Shown here: positions 50,923-62,874 of the stretch, piece after piece
Layout: every line of letters begins with the position of its first letter
Numbering within the stretch: position 1 is the stretch's first letter
Assembly: GCA_008632985.1 (NCBI GenBank)
Contig: QPGO01000256.1
Location: 1 to 64,000 of the forward strand
Reading direction: 5' to 3'
Source of the DNA: Psammoneis japonica
Taxonomy: Eukaryota
DNA: 64,000 bases
Notes under the pieces: generated by a model
Told to the model about the DNA's origin: nothing
Database searches by the model: none
Seen by the model: only the letters and a program-made list of their open reading frames with translations
Program-made: the position numbers and the translations under genes

Positions 50923-51118
50923 GGTTGTTGTTCTTTGTCGATGCGAACACTGGAAAGATTGTGACAACAGTAAAGTGCGAACGAAATATTTGATGGTGCG
51001 TGGTGACAAACGTATGTGTGTTGACACCTGAGAAAGCTTGCTTGCCAATTTCTCTCCACTCATTTTTGCATCACTCATCTTCATTGGAAACGCGCCAATC
51101 AAATTTGAACATCAGACC

Positions 51119-51281
51119 ACGTCACACAGGTTGATTTACAATGACATTGACTTTTCAGAAACACGACGCTGCGTGGAATAATTTATTTAACTACACGACG
51201 TCAGCAAAGCCATCAAGTATTTAAAGTATTGTTGAATTTGTATCAATTCTCACGGTGACGTGGGTGGGAATGTTGTGACGT
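51119..51281. promoter_or_regulatory. Cluster of four TGACGT/ACGTCA (CCRE-like, bZIP) elements upstream of delta-CA
   Basis: ACGTCA at 51119 and 51198, TGACGT at 51256 and 51276. They lie ~200-360 bp upstream of the delta-CA ATG in a divergent promoter. Confidence 0.65.
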
Positions 51282-51487
51282 TCGTTTTCAACGGATCCTT
51301 GGTAGACGGCTGTGCTGCCGGTTTTCAATTTTCGCGCGCGCGAATACTGATCGCGCGTCTCGCAGGATGCCCCACATTTTGGAATTTTGCGGATTTCCAC
51401 AAAAAGCACCTGCAATGTGCAGCGAGCGCATCCGACTCTGAGAACATTAAGAACCTTCTCGTTAACATAATCTAGCGACTAAAAGTC

Positions 51488-52338
51488 ATGGCTCTGTTCT
51501 CATGGGAAACGATGCGATATCGACTACGACTAATAATTGGCAGAAACAACATGAATCGAAACAGACAACTCATGATGATTCTTGTGTTATTGTTGTTGCT
51601 CGTGTGGCTCAACACTCACTACCTAAAGCCATACAACTTTGATCGATCCAAGGAAACGGTCTATTTCATGTTTACAACAATTCCTCCTCATGAGCACCGC
51701 GTAACCGAAATTATGAGAATGATGAAGCGACAAACACTGGTCCCGAATGCCGTGATTTTGACAATCCCAAAGACGTACCAACGCTTTCCCAACGAAACCA
51801 TCCATGTGATGCCCAGCGATTTCTTGCGTGTCCATGTTACCGAAAACGATGCGGGTCCGCTTGGAAAGTATCTAGGTGTTGCATTGGCTCGAGACGAGGA
51901 TATTGTCATAATTTCAGACGATGATGTCGACTTTAGCAATACATTCATCGAGGATGCGGTACGTGCGATGTGCGCGATGATTCTTCCAAAAAGAGTACAA
52001 TTTATTCCGCAAGTATTGATCAATTCTTGTTGGATCCCAAGCACCCAACAAAACGTTTTGATGGAGTTATGGGGTATTCTGGAGTAGTGGCACGAGCATT
52101 TATGCTGCGAGGCTTGCCGGAATTATCGCCCACTGGACCTTGCTTTTTGGCGGACGATGTTGTCGTGTCGTATCACGCTGTGCAACACGGTTACCACATT
52201 AAGAGATTTCAAAAGCGTAATGATGATTCCGATTCCACCAAGGAGCAACATGATGCAACCAGCATTCATGCACATCACATCAAGGAGGGCTTTCAAGTCA
52301 ATGACAAGTGCTCGGAAGCTCTGTTTTCAATGAAATAA
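51488..52338 (+). CDS. GT-A fold glycosyltransferase-like type II membrane protein, interrupted near 51960 (intron or frameshift)
   Basis: N-terminal TM, 'FTTIPP', 'QTLVPNAVILTIPKTYQRF', 'DAGPLGK' and 'IISDDD'. It continues in another frame with 'DGVMGYSGV...CFLADDVVVS'. Confidence 0.65.
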
Positions 52339-53343
52339 GAATTGCTGTGGATGGAAAGACGCGCTTCTCCAGGCAGGATATATTATGCGATACTCAAGCG
52401 TCCTTGCAACATGTTGCACTTTCAAACAGATGTCAACGTCCCACCATTGACTTGGTTGCGAGCGAAATAATGGCACTCGTAGCTTTCTGGAATGCCGGAT
52501 TGCGTACTTACTACCGGACATAACCGCATCTTTGTGTGAAGGAGATGCGGCGAGGATGGAAACCCTAGTACATTCGAGCTCAAGTTGGAACGCTATGCGC
52601 CAGATATGCTGCATTGTTTGGTACTGTTCTCGCGCTTGCCGAAAGCGTGAATGGAAGCGACATAGGCTTTTTTGCGCCAAACCCATCTTGTTGATGATTC
52701 GTCCACTTACAGTGCGGATTGGCTTTGTGAGAAGTTTGTCGAGTGCCGTGAGAACATCATCAAGGTGCAGATAGCTCGTGAGCAGCTGTTGTAGCAACGG
52801 GAGCTTTTGTTGTAGCTCAAGGATGATGAAATCAATGACGACATTCGTGACTTGATCAGAAGCTTGATTTGTTTTTGAAAACCAACAAAAACATTGCTCT
52901 GTGGGAAGGGGAATGGGTGTGGGAACACCCGGATGTTGCTGGAAATGATTGGAGGAGTAACGGTGCACGTGTGGGAATCCTTCTCACATTTACAGTCACA
53001 GTTCTTCTTCTTGCACCGAGTGTGGGTGATTCAGAGAATATCAAAGTCTTTTTGGGGGGTACAAGGCCGCAATCTATTTGTTGATGACTCCGGTGCTGAT
53101 CAAGGTCGCTCGAGGTAATCGCACTAGTGGTTTAAAGGTGGCGACAACAACGGCACTGATTCCTCATTGCTAGTTACGTATACTCAATCTTCCACGTATG
53201 CATTCAAGGAATTGGACGTTTCTATTGGTTACTTGGTGACTGAACCAATCAGAACGTCTGCCAGAAGAATGGCATATGTAACCGACAACCATAACGCGGG
53301 AAAGCCCAAGGCGAGAACGTTTTGACAACTTGGTTGGTTTAGC

Positions 53344-54875
53344 ATGGGATTGACTACACCAAATCCTTCCTCTCTGCCCTCGACAAAGTCACCGACACAA
53401 GATCCCATATCGCCTCCATCGACATTAGCTCCGGCACCAACACTGACTCCGCCTTCCACCCAAGAGTTAACACCATCTCCCACAGTCGACCCGACTTCTC
53501 CACCTGCTGTAGCTCCTACCACTTCAAGTCCTATCCAAGCTTCCACGGTAGCCCCCACCACTCCAACTAGTTTGCCGCGAATGCCGGTCCAACGTTCAAT
53601 CCAACTCCACCTCCTACACCTCAAGCTCCAACACCCAGTCGTACCAGTGGTGGTTTGTCGCGAAATGGGATCCAAGTCTTGCATGCGAAAACAGCAGATG
53701 ATTCTTGTCGGTTCCGTATCCTTGTCTCGTGATGGTAGTGTCATGGCTATTAGAGCAGTGCAATCTTCCAGTCCCGGCTATGTTGTTGTGCAACGATACA
53801 ATCACGCTACAAAAGAATGGACGAACATGGGTCAAGAATTAGTTGGACAATTCTGACGACTTTGGCAATTCCGTGTTATTGAATGGTGACAGCACAGTTC
53901 TTGCTGTTGGAGTGTATTTGAATGGCAGTGACGGAGTGAATGCAGGTCGCGTTCGGGCATTTGAATACAACTCGAATCGTTGGGTCCACCTCGGTAGCGA
54001 TATTGCTGGACAAGACGCTTGTGATCATTTTGGCATTTCCGTGTCGCTCTCAGACGCTGGAGACATTCTTGCCGTGGGAGTGTATCGGGATGTGACGGTA
54101 AATGGCGAGATTTCTGGATCGGTTCGATTGTTTCAACATGACGGTGACATATCATCCTGGAATCAACTTGGACTGGATTTGATTGGTGAAGCTGCTAATG
54201 ATCAATTTGGAATTTCCATTTCCTTCAATGCGGTGGGAACCATTGTTGGCGTTGGAGCGAATAGGAATGATTCGGGTGGCGTCAATGCAGGGCAGGTATC
54301 GGTGTTTCGAATACAATTCTGCATCATCAAAATGGGATCCATTGGGTGACCCAATCAATGGCCAAGTCGATTATGGAAGGTTTGGATATTCTGTTTCTCT
54401 TGATGAAAGTGGTCTGATCATTGCTGTTGGTATATATAAAAGCGAGAGCTTTGGTGTATGCATGCGACCGCTATCGACGTTGAAATGGAATCAACTTGGC
54501 CAAACTCTACTGACGCAACAGCTATTTTGGTGAATCGGAAACGTCTTGGCAGTCGGAAGTCGTTGGCATGCCGTCAATGAATTAAGATCGGTTGATCAAG
54601 TTCGAATCTTTCAATACGACACCAATGCAGACGAATGGAAGCAAGTCGGTGATCCTTTAAATGTCGAGTCCAGAGATGGCGAATTTGGATCTTTTGTGTG
54701 CTTATTAATAGACAGAATGATCGTTGCAGTTGGTTCATGGACACCGGCTTTGGTTCCGGTTCCGCTTATGTATTTACGGCAAACTACAATTAAAAAAGAT
54801 TTGCCTTTTATTTCTTCCTTTCCTGTCGTCCACACTGTATTTGCAATTCATTTCATTGTGTCGCAAGGACAGTGA
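53344..54875 (+). pseudogene. FG-GAP/integrin-alpha-like beta-propeller protein with Pro/Thr linker, multiply frameshifted
   Basis: Repeats of the type 'W.QLG.D..G....D.FG.SVSL...G.ILAVG' are spread over four consecutive ORFs in different frames. Confidence 0.75.
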
Positions 54876-54889
54876 CCAGTTAGATCTTT

Positions 54890-56830
54890 AACGCCAACAC
54901 GGGCTGTGCAGAGCAGTGTGCACGGGCCTGCACCACGCGATCGAAGGTGGTGGACTTGGCGAGCTAGAGCTGGGGCTGGACACACTTTCGAGTGGGAGGT
55001 GTGGCCGTGGCCGGTTGCCTTGCTCTATTCTTTGCGCATTGAAGGTGAGACTGCCATGAGTGGCAAGGAACAGGCAGTCAAGGTTGCATGTCAAGTGTGA
55101 TGCAGGTTGTGTTGGCTTGCCCAATCAGAAGGCAGCTTGACATCGGTGAGGACGGTGGGTCATTGTCTTTTCTTTTGCAGCATTCTCCAGCTTGCAGCAG
55201 GTGGAAGGCCAATCCAGGACAGGTTGATGATGGCATCATCTGGCAGGCTCAGGTTGGTGTCAACCAAGGCCTGAGCATGATGTGCAGTTTGGATGGGCAG
55301 CAGGAGCTTGACCCAGTTGGGAGGTGGGTCATCATCCTCTTCAAGCAGGCACTCCATGTGCACATTGATCATGGGCCCATTGTGCCATGTGGAGGAGCTG
55401 GTTGTGGGTCTGGGCCCACAACTTGGTGAACATCTTCATGCTTTATGACATGAGAGATTTTGTCATGAACATGTGAAGCAGACATCAGGCCATGGCTGTG
55501 GCTGAGGCATCCATCTCCAAGGTGATGGGCAAAGACTTGGAGTGTCAGGATTTTTTCTTTGATGCCTGTGAAGAGAGGGTCTTCAATGCTGATGTGGGGT
55601 GGGAATGGGAATGAGAAATGGCACTTGGCCTTGCCATGTCCATGGCATGGGCTCACCATTTGGTGATGGCTTGGCATGTCTTTGCCATTGCAAGGTGGGG
55701 ATCAATGCAGGAGAAGTGATGGCAGGCATCATGCATGGCATTCACCAAGGTTTTGGCTGTGGCTGAAGTCAAGAAAGAGTGGCAAGAAGGTTGGTTTTAG
55801 TGCTGAGCTGTTTTGTGAGCATGTGTCAGACAGCAGGTTGGCTGGTCCAGGGATGCAGTGCAGGTGAGGAACATGGCAAAGGCTGCATGGTTGGAGGCTC
55901 CCAATGTGCAGCATTTCCTTGGCAGGTTTCATGGTGGTGATGGGTGTTTTTCCACATTGTAAAATGGCCAGCATGTTGTTGCAGCATGTGTGCATGGTCT
56001 TTTCCCATCCTGTGTCCATTGATTGCTGATTGGCCAGCAACCAACTTGTGCAGGACTGCTGCACCAGCTGTCTCCAAGTCTCAGTGGGCAACAGTGCTGG
56101 CAGGGTTGGAGTTGTTGGGCATGACTGTGTCTTGGATGCTGGTTGGCAAGGGCAGTTGCCAAGTCATTGATGGGAAGGAGAGTTGGTGGAGCTGGGCACC
56201 AGGGGGGAGTGCACCCCCAAAACCTGGCTTGACAGTGCTGCACACACCACAGCAGTGTCAATCTGTGGCTGGAAAAGCTTGGCAGCCCAGTGGGTCTGGA
56301 GGTGATGTTGAGCACCAGGAGAGTGTGAAGATCTTTGAGTTGTTGGCAAGTGTCAAGTGTGCCAGGCACTGGTCAACTGCTGAGAGCAATCTCTCTTGTT
56401 GGTGGGTGACAACTGTGTCATGCTGGCTGATGAGTGAGTCAATGAGGGATCTGCCCCTTGGTGGTTTGACAATGGACACCACCATCATGTGACATCCCTG
56501 CCCTTGACGAGCTTTTTAGGAGAGACAGTTTCTTGCTGTCAGCTCTCATCAGCTGCTGTGTTGAGGCAACAAAATGCTTGATTGTTGATGTGGAAGAGGG
56601 AGGAAGGGATGTTGCAGGTGGTTGAGATGTGCCTTGCTGCCTTGTTGCACTCTGTTCCAATGACACCACCACTGACAAGTGCCATCAAAAATGGGCTTTG
56701 TTTCTGAGATTTACAGCACGGACACCAAGTGTCCATCATGAAGAAAGAACAGTGCCGCAATTGTCACTGCCTTGACAAAAAAGATGCCACACTGCAGTGT
56801 CTTCATAAACTTGTCCAGCTTCTTCATGGA
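54890..56830 (-). mobile_element. DIRS/Ngaro-type tyrosine-recombinase retrotransposon remnant (RNase H and YR)
   Basis: RNase H-like 'CNNMLAIL...ITTMKPA..MLH' and 'HCIPGPANLLSDTCSQ'. YR-like 'AFHLLQAGECC' (F.YLLR.GEY) and 'AKNRATG...VCPAPALARQVHHLR'. Confidence 0.65.
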
Positions 56831-57299
56831 GAAGCAACATTTGGAAGACAGATCAAATGCTGGGTGCTGTTGGCACCTTTTAAGATTTGAGACTGCAGAG
56901 GATCATGGATGACACACAATTTCAAATCATCAGTTTGCCTTGCACATTCACAAAAAACAACTAAATTTGCATGCATTGATTGACTCCAGTTTGGGCTTTT
57001 TTTTGCATTGTTGCTTTCAAAGAACAGGCAGAAGTGTCGCCGGTGCACAAGGCACAAGCAGCAGTTGGACATGTCATTGGTCCTGCTCANATGCACCTCA
57101 CATGTCACATGCTGTGAAAATCTCCCAACATCCAACATGTCAATGAGTCTGCCAACAACTGCCCCCCCCCCCCCCCCCCCTCCTGCAACATTGCTCACCA
57201 AACACCCAATGCTCACTCAATGCTCTCCACCTGCCCAATGCTCACTGCTCAGGCTCCACCTTCATTGATCACAACTGTCATCTGACACCTGATGAATCA

Positions 57300-57563
57300 C
57301 CATCAAACACCTCAGCAATGCATGTGTGTTGCCAACCACCTCCAGCAAGTCACACGTGTTGCCACTCACTTTCAGCAATGCACAGCCAACATCCCATCTT
57401 CTCACACCACAGCCTCACCAAATCAACTCCACCCTCGCCATCAAACACCTTCACCGATGCATGTGTGTCACCAACCACCTCCAGCAAGTGACACTTGTTG
57501 CCACCCACTTTCAGCAACATCCCATCTTCTCACTCCACAGCCTCACCAAATCAACTCCACCCT
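57300..57563. repeat. Tandem duplication, ~130-140 bp unit x2
   Basis: ccatcaaacacct...ccaaccacctccagcaagt...ccacagcctcaccaaatcaactccaccct occurs twice. Confidence 0.9.
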
Positions 57564-58199
57564 GGATGGCTGTCAGCATCAGCCACAAATGCTGCAACAC
57601 AAACAGCCCTTCCAACCCCTTTGACACTGTCCTTGGTGCACCCCCTCCCTCCTGCACCTCTCGACAACCCTTCTCAGAAACATCCATCAATGGCAACAAC
57701 ATGTCTGACAATGCATGAATGGTGAACCTTGGCAATGACAGCAACGACAACTCCCCCAATGATGACACTAATGCCACCAACATGATGTCACAGCATGACA
57801 TTGACCACTTTGCCACCCTCACTTCATGGGTTCATTTCCACTGTCCCAAGCACCTTCAAGATTGGAAGTGCATTGAGGCTTGAGCTGTTGAAGACAACTC
57901 TGATCTAAAATCTTTCCACCAGCTTCTCCAACCCCTTCCATGACACATGGTCCCTGCCGGAACAAGATGCCACCACCCAAGACCTCCCTGAGGCAGTCTG
58001 AGCTCACCTGCATGCCGGGCATGAAGATGTGGACCTGCAATTTCTCCCACAAGATTTTCTCTCTCAGGCTAATCTCCACTCTTGCCAGTGGTGCAATTCC
58101 ACTCAGCATCTCCACTTGCACCCCAGAGACCTGCACAATCACCTCACCTGCCACAACCCAGATTGCACTGCCACCAACTCAGCCCTCGTAGCTGCACAT

Positions 58200-59540
58200 C
58201 TGCCACATGGCACTGCCTGGCCGCATCAGCCCTTCAATGGCTGGCCACACTTGAAGCCACACCTCTGCCTTTTCATGCCTCCATTTGCTGCAAGCTCTCC
58301 CCATCTGCATGCCATGAACTGTTCATTGCCCTGCACCATGTCCTTACCTGGATCATTGAATCTGCCAACCACACTGTGCCACAACTCAGATGATCATGTT
58401 CCACCCTGCGAGTGCACATCCACCCCATTCTGGAAATTGCTGCTGCTCCCATTTGAAACCCTCATCCTTGCTCCACCCCACCACCTGCCAATGCCAACCT
58501 CAGGAAACAACCATCTGCTTCCTCTGTCTCCTCAATCCACCTTGAACTGTTCTGACAAGGATGCATCCAAGAGCAACACTTGTCTCCCTCTTGTTCATGT
58601 CCTGCACCCACCCCATGCCCCACAACCAGCACTCCAAGCCCCTGCTCCTCCCATGCAGCACACTCCATCTCCACCATCCCTGCCCTGCATCTCTGATGGT
58701 GAGCTCTTGGCAGCTCTCAGCAAGTGCAAACCTGGCACCACCACCAGCCCATGTGCTGGCTCCACTGACTTCCTCCAAGCACATGCCCTCTTCAAAACTG
58801 CCATCCCAACAAAGGCACAATTTTGCCCACACCTCTCCACCTTCAAGGACTTTGTGCTCCTCATTCAAACTGGGTCAACCCCACCAGACATTCAATCCCT
58901 CATTGCTGCCAACTGCTTTGTCACCCCACACAAAGATCCTGCCAACCTCAACAAACTCCACCCCATTGGCTGTGGCACTGCAGTCCACCACATTGCAGTT
59001 GCCCTCATTGTGACCACCAACACACCCATCCTCACCAAATGCCTGCTTCCTGATGGTCAGTTTGGCATCAAAAAAGGCCTTGACTGACTCGCACATGCCA
59101 CACATGCCAACGTCAAATGCCACCTTGACACTTGACACTGGCCTCACCACACCAACCCTTGCTTTCCTCACCCTCGACCTTTGCAAATGTTCCAACAGCC
59201 AAGGCCCTGCGCATGTCACCTTTGCACTTCTGTCCCTTTTCTTTCTGCTTAAAAGGCACTTCCTCTTTGCTCCCTTGCTTGCTCCTCACCTCAACAATGC
59301 TTGGCCCCAGATCCACTCCGCCTCATGCTGTGGTGCAAGCTGCACCTCCCTGTCTCACCCAACCACCTCAACTCCATGACTTGCCCTTCTTGCAATGGCA
59401 CTGCCGACCCCTGCAGTGATCAAGCTTTCTGCTGCGGTCCCTTGGACACAAAACTGCCCTTGTCCAAATGCCATCGGAGATGGCCTCTTCACCACATTTC
59501 AAACACTGGCTCCTCTCTCCGGCATCTGTGCCAACTCTTC
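58200..59540 (+). mobile_element. CRE-like non-LTR retrotransposon remnant (RT N-terminal half and C-terminal zinc knuckle)
   Basis: 'HKDPANLNKLHPIGCGTAVHHIA...LLPDGQFGI' resembles K....LRPIG.G...RR....Q.G. 'CPSCNGTADPCSDQAFCC' and 'NAIGDGL' resemble C..C....D..G.H...C and HN.IRD.L. Confidence 0.65.
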
Positions 59541-59675
59541 CACCATCCACCACTGCTGTCACTTGCAGCAGCAGTTGGTTTTCCCAACCAACACCACATT
59601 TCAATGTTTGGCGGTGGTGCTGCAAGGCAAAGTCGGTGCAAGCTAGCTGTGATGCCATTGTCTCATGAGCACACC

Positions 59676-59853
59676 TGTTCTTTTCCTCTCTAGATCTGCA
59701 AGTGTCTTGCAGGAGCAACAAATCAGAACTTGCTTGGACCACAACATAAAACCATTGTCTGCAGTGTTCTTTTCCCCTCCAGATCTACGAGCATCTTGTG
59801 GGAGCAACAAGTCAAAACTTGCTCGGACTGCAGCATAAAACTGTTGTCTGCAG
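59676..59853. repeat. Tandem duplication, 89 bp unit x2
   Basis: Units start tgttcttttcc at 59676 and 59765 and align without gaps. Confidence 0.92.
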
Positions 59854-60104
59854 TGTTTGAAGATGTGGCAAACGACACACAGGACACTTCTTTCGGAAGA
59901 GAGATTTGCGCCCTGCGCAGGAAACGACATTGAGAGATGACAGTAAAACAATGTCATGTTATTGATTTTGATTAGAAAAGCTACTTTACATTGTGCACTG
60001 TTGTTAAAGAGAAAGGCTAAATGATTGTTCCACACAAACAAGGATTCCCTCTTGTTGTTTCATCGGAAAACACCACGTGCTGATCCAGGTCTAACCCGAA
60101 TCAT

Positions 60105-62569
60105 CTAGTTCTCCTTCTTGCTATTTTGCAAAGGCGTTGTGGGCGCTACCCACTGCCAAACGTCTTGTTGGCTCCCGTCATCACCAATTTGCGTGAAATT
60201 GTGAATGCGATGGTCTCGTTTAGCTTCCGCGACAACCTGCTTCCAAATCGTATTCGTTAAGTAGCGGCGCTCCTTTCTGGACCGAGGATACAATTCGTTT
60301 GCCACCACGTCACGCAACATCAACACCACCGTGGGTCTACCTTGTTCTTGTAGCCTGGTATAGGCCAAGTCACGGGCCCTATCAACGACGTTGCGAAACT
60401 TCCTGTGGCGGATCCGAGCCATTCCAACGTGAAGAACCAACATGACAAACACAGTAACTAATACTGCAATGAGTGGATCCTTCACTGCCCAGTCGAAAAG
60501 AACTTTTGCCAAACTACAGATTCTGCTCCAACCGATCATACCCGAATCCTTTGCAAAGTGCAAGATCGTGCACGAAAGCGGAACTTTCAACTCCTTGGCT
60601 ATAGTTCCGTAAGTCAATCGAATCAGTTGGAGCTCGGCATCGAGTTGAAACAAAGAGTGGTTCAAAGCTAGAAGCGGCAAATCCAAGTCAATATCAACCC
60701 GCTTTTGGATATCTCGCATGGCAAATGAAGGAACCTTGTCTTTATCAACTTTGGCTGGCGAAACTGGACACTTCTTCATGGGGAGCTGGCACCCCAAGTC
60801 ACAGGTGTATTGTCCGGTGAGATTCATCAAGGTATCCTTGATGATAGAGAGTGTGGCGACCGCATCACTGTCAGGATGCACTTGGTACCCCAAGGGTCAG
60901 GCTCCATGAATTGGCTATCCTGGCAGCGGAGAAGAAAGCCGTTGCTACAGATTCCGCCCTCTGGACATGGGACTCGTTCCTTGTCGCGACCGGGAGCACA
61001 AGCGTCAATTCCTTTATCGAAAAGCCATGGCGGCGTTTCAATGTTTGGGTCCTCATATCCAGGTGTAGGCTCAAAGCATGGAGGTGCATTCTTACTCAAG
61101 GAAGCACGGGTGGAAGACTCGTTGCCTACAAGAAGGTCGTATGCTACAAGAAGACAAACAACCGCCATCGTGTAAAGCGCCACATTCCAAAACGCCTTCA
61201 TCTTTCGCTTGAGCGGCACCACTTCTTCGTGTTCTTCCTCGTCTTCGCTCACGACCGAGTGCTGGCGATCAGTTGCTTCCTCGCCAAAATCGGCTGCTTG
61301 TGGGAGCGGGTTCTGGAGACGGTCTTGCTGAACCTGGTTCTCAAAACGCATCTGAGCCTCACGGGCTTCACGTTCCTGCTGCTTGACTCGCTCTGCGATG
61401 GCCGCTGTGGATACGGCCTGCTGACACGCGCTCGCATGATCACCAAACATCATTGCATGAGGAGGTGAGTGTAGCATGCCTCCATAGGGAGCCTCTGGAT
61501 TGTGCAAAAGAGTAGGAGAGTTCACAGGGGCTTGGTAATATGCAGCAGCTGGATGCGGCACAGGTGGCTGCCAAGCAGCGGGACGGACAGGCTCTCCAGT
61601 AGCGGCGGCTGGAGGATGGAAAAGGGATTGCCCATCGGCACCACGAGCCTCTCTCGTCGCGGCGGCTGGAGGAGATAAGAGAGATACCCCGGTGGAATTG
61701 AAATCCGCAGTGGGAGCAGTTGGCACTTGAAGCCCAGCAGCCCTTGCCTCTTGGTTGAAACCGGCAACATCGTCGCGGCTCTTCCGCGGTCTCCTCCTCC
61801 TGATGGTAGATGAAGACTTGGCCTTTTTCACTACAGGTTGAACCGTGTTGTCAAAGACATTCTGTCCCTCAGCGAGCTCTTGTTGAAAGATGCTGTTCTG
61901 CCGCTCGCTGTTCTGCTCAGTCACACTATCCTCGTCGTCTTCCTCCTCTTCTTCGCTCATGATAACATCCCCATCATTGACTCGTGCAGTGCTCTTTCTC
62001 TTCTTGGCCCACTCTTTAGTACGAGCCTGTGCCTCGGCACGCTGTTCCTTCCTCGATTTCTTCGCCTTGATGGACTCCTCCTCGACTTGCTCTTCTTCAG
62101 AGACGTCACTGTTCTGCTCAGTCATATCCTCGTCGTCATCTTCCTCCTCCGCTTCGCTCATGATAACATCCTCGTCCTCGACTCGTGTGGTGCTCTTCAT
62201 CTTCTCGGCCCACTCTGCAGCACGAGCCTGTGCCTCGGCAAGCTCTTCCTTCTTCGATTTCTTCGCGGTGTTGGACGACGTGGTGGGCGTCTTCGTCGCG
62301 GTAGCACTAGCCGGTAGAGCCTTTTGGGTAGAACGTGAAGGAGTGTTTCTTGCACTAGCCCGTGTCATCGTTGTCGTAGTCTTACGAGTGGGCGTGGTAC
62401 GGCGACGTTTTGTCGGACGACTCGCTTCAGGCGGAGACTTTCCTTTTGCAAAATCAGCAGCAACACGGTCCTGTATCGCTTTCTTCTGTGCCGCTGTCAT
62501 TTTCTTTTTCGTCTTGTCGGCGGTAGACGACGACTCCGTGATAGAGTCACTCTTGTGTTTGGGTGGCAT
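60105..62569 (-). CDS. Man1/Src1-like inner nuclear membrane protein (MSC domain, 2 TM), with an apparent 1-nt frameshift near 60870
   Basis: Long charged N-terminus, a TM, 'VPCPEGGICSNGFLLRC', a second TM, then 'LRDVVA...IWKQVV....DHRI......G...DVWQW'. The two ORFs overlap at 60827-60893. Confidence 0.75.
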
Positions 62570-62874
62570 GGTGGTGAACGTCAATAGCAATACTGTAATA
62601 GCAACAACAACAACACACTCGAGCGGTTGTCAACAACAACAACAACAATAAAAGTCGATGTGATGCGGGTCAGTCAGATTTTTGCGAAATCCAACGATCA
62701 CTTTCATCTACGGGTTGTGTGGTATTATTCCAACGTAAGTAGCTTTTGTACTCGATTCTATGTAAGTTTTCGAACTGAATCATGTGCACGACTCAACCGT
62801 CACCATTGATTCAGTCGACTCAATCCCGAATCTTTTATCTTTTCCTGACGGCATGACACCGCATCAAGTCGACC

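Noticed and set aside
49786..50964. 392-aa plus-strand ORF
   Set aside because: Antisense shadow of the delta-CA gene, with no motifs.
52327..52968. 213-aa minus-strand ORF
   Set aside because: Non-ATG start in the track and no recognisable domain. It may be real but is not supportable from sequence alone.
1..59940. Classical fungal RIP, or CpG decay alone, as the explanation for the eroded blocks
   Set aside because: RIP depletes CpA and enriches TpA, whereas here CpA/TpG are enriched and TpA is lost. CpG decay cannot remove TA or convert Tyr codons to Cys/His.
61838..62651. Ser/Phe/Leu-rich plus-strand ORFs
   Set aside because: Antisense to the low-complexity N-terminus of the Man1/Src1-like gene.
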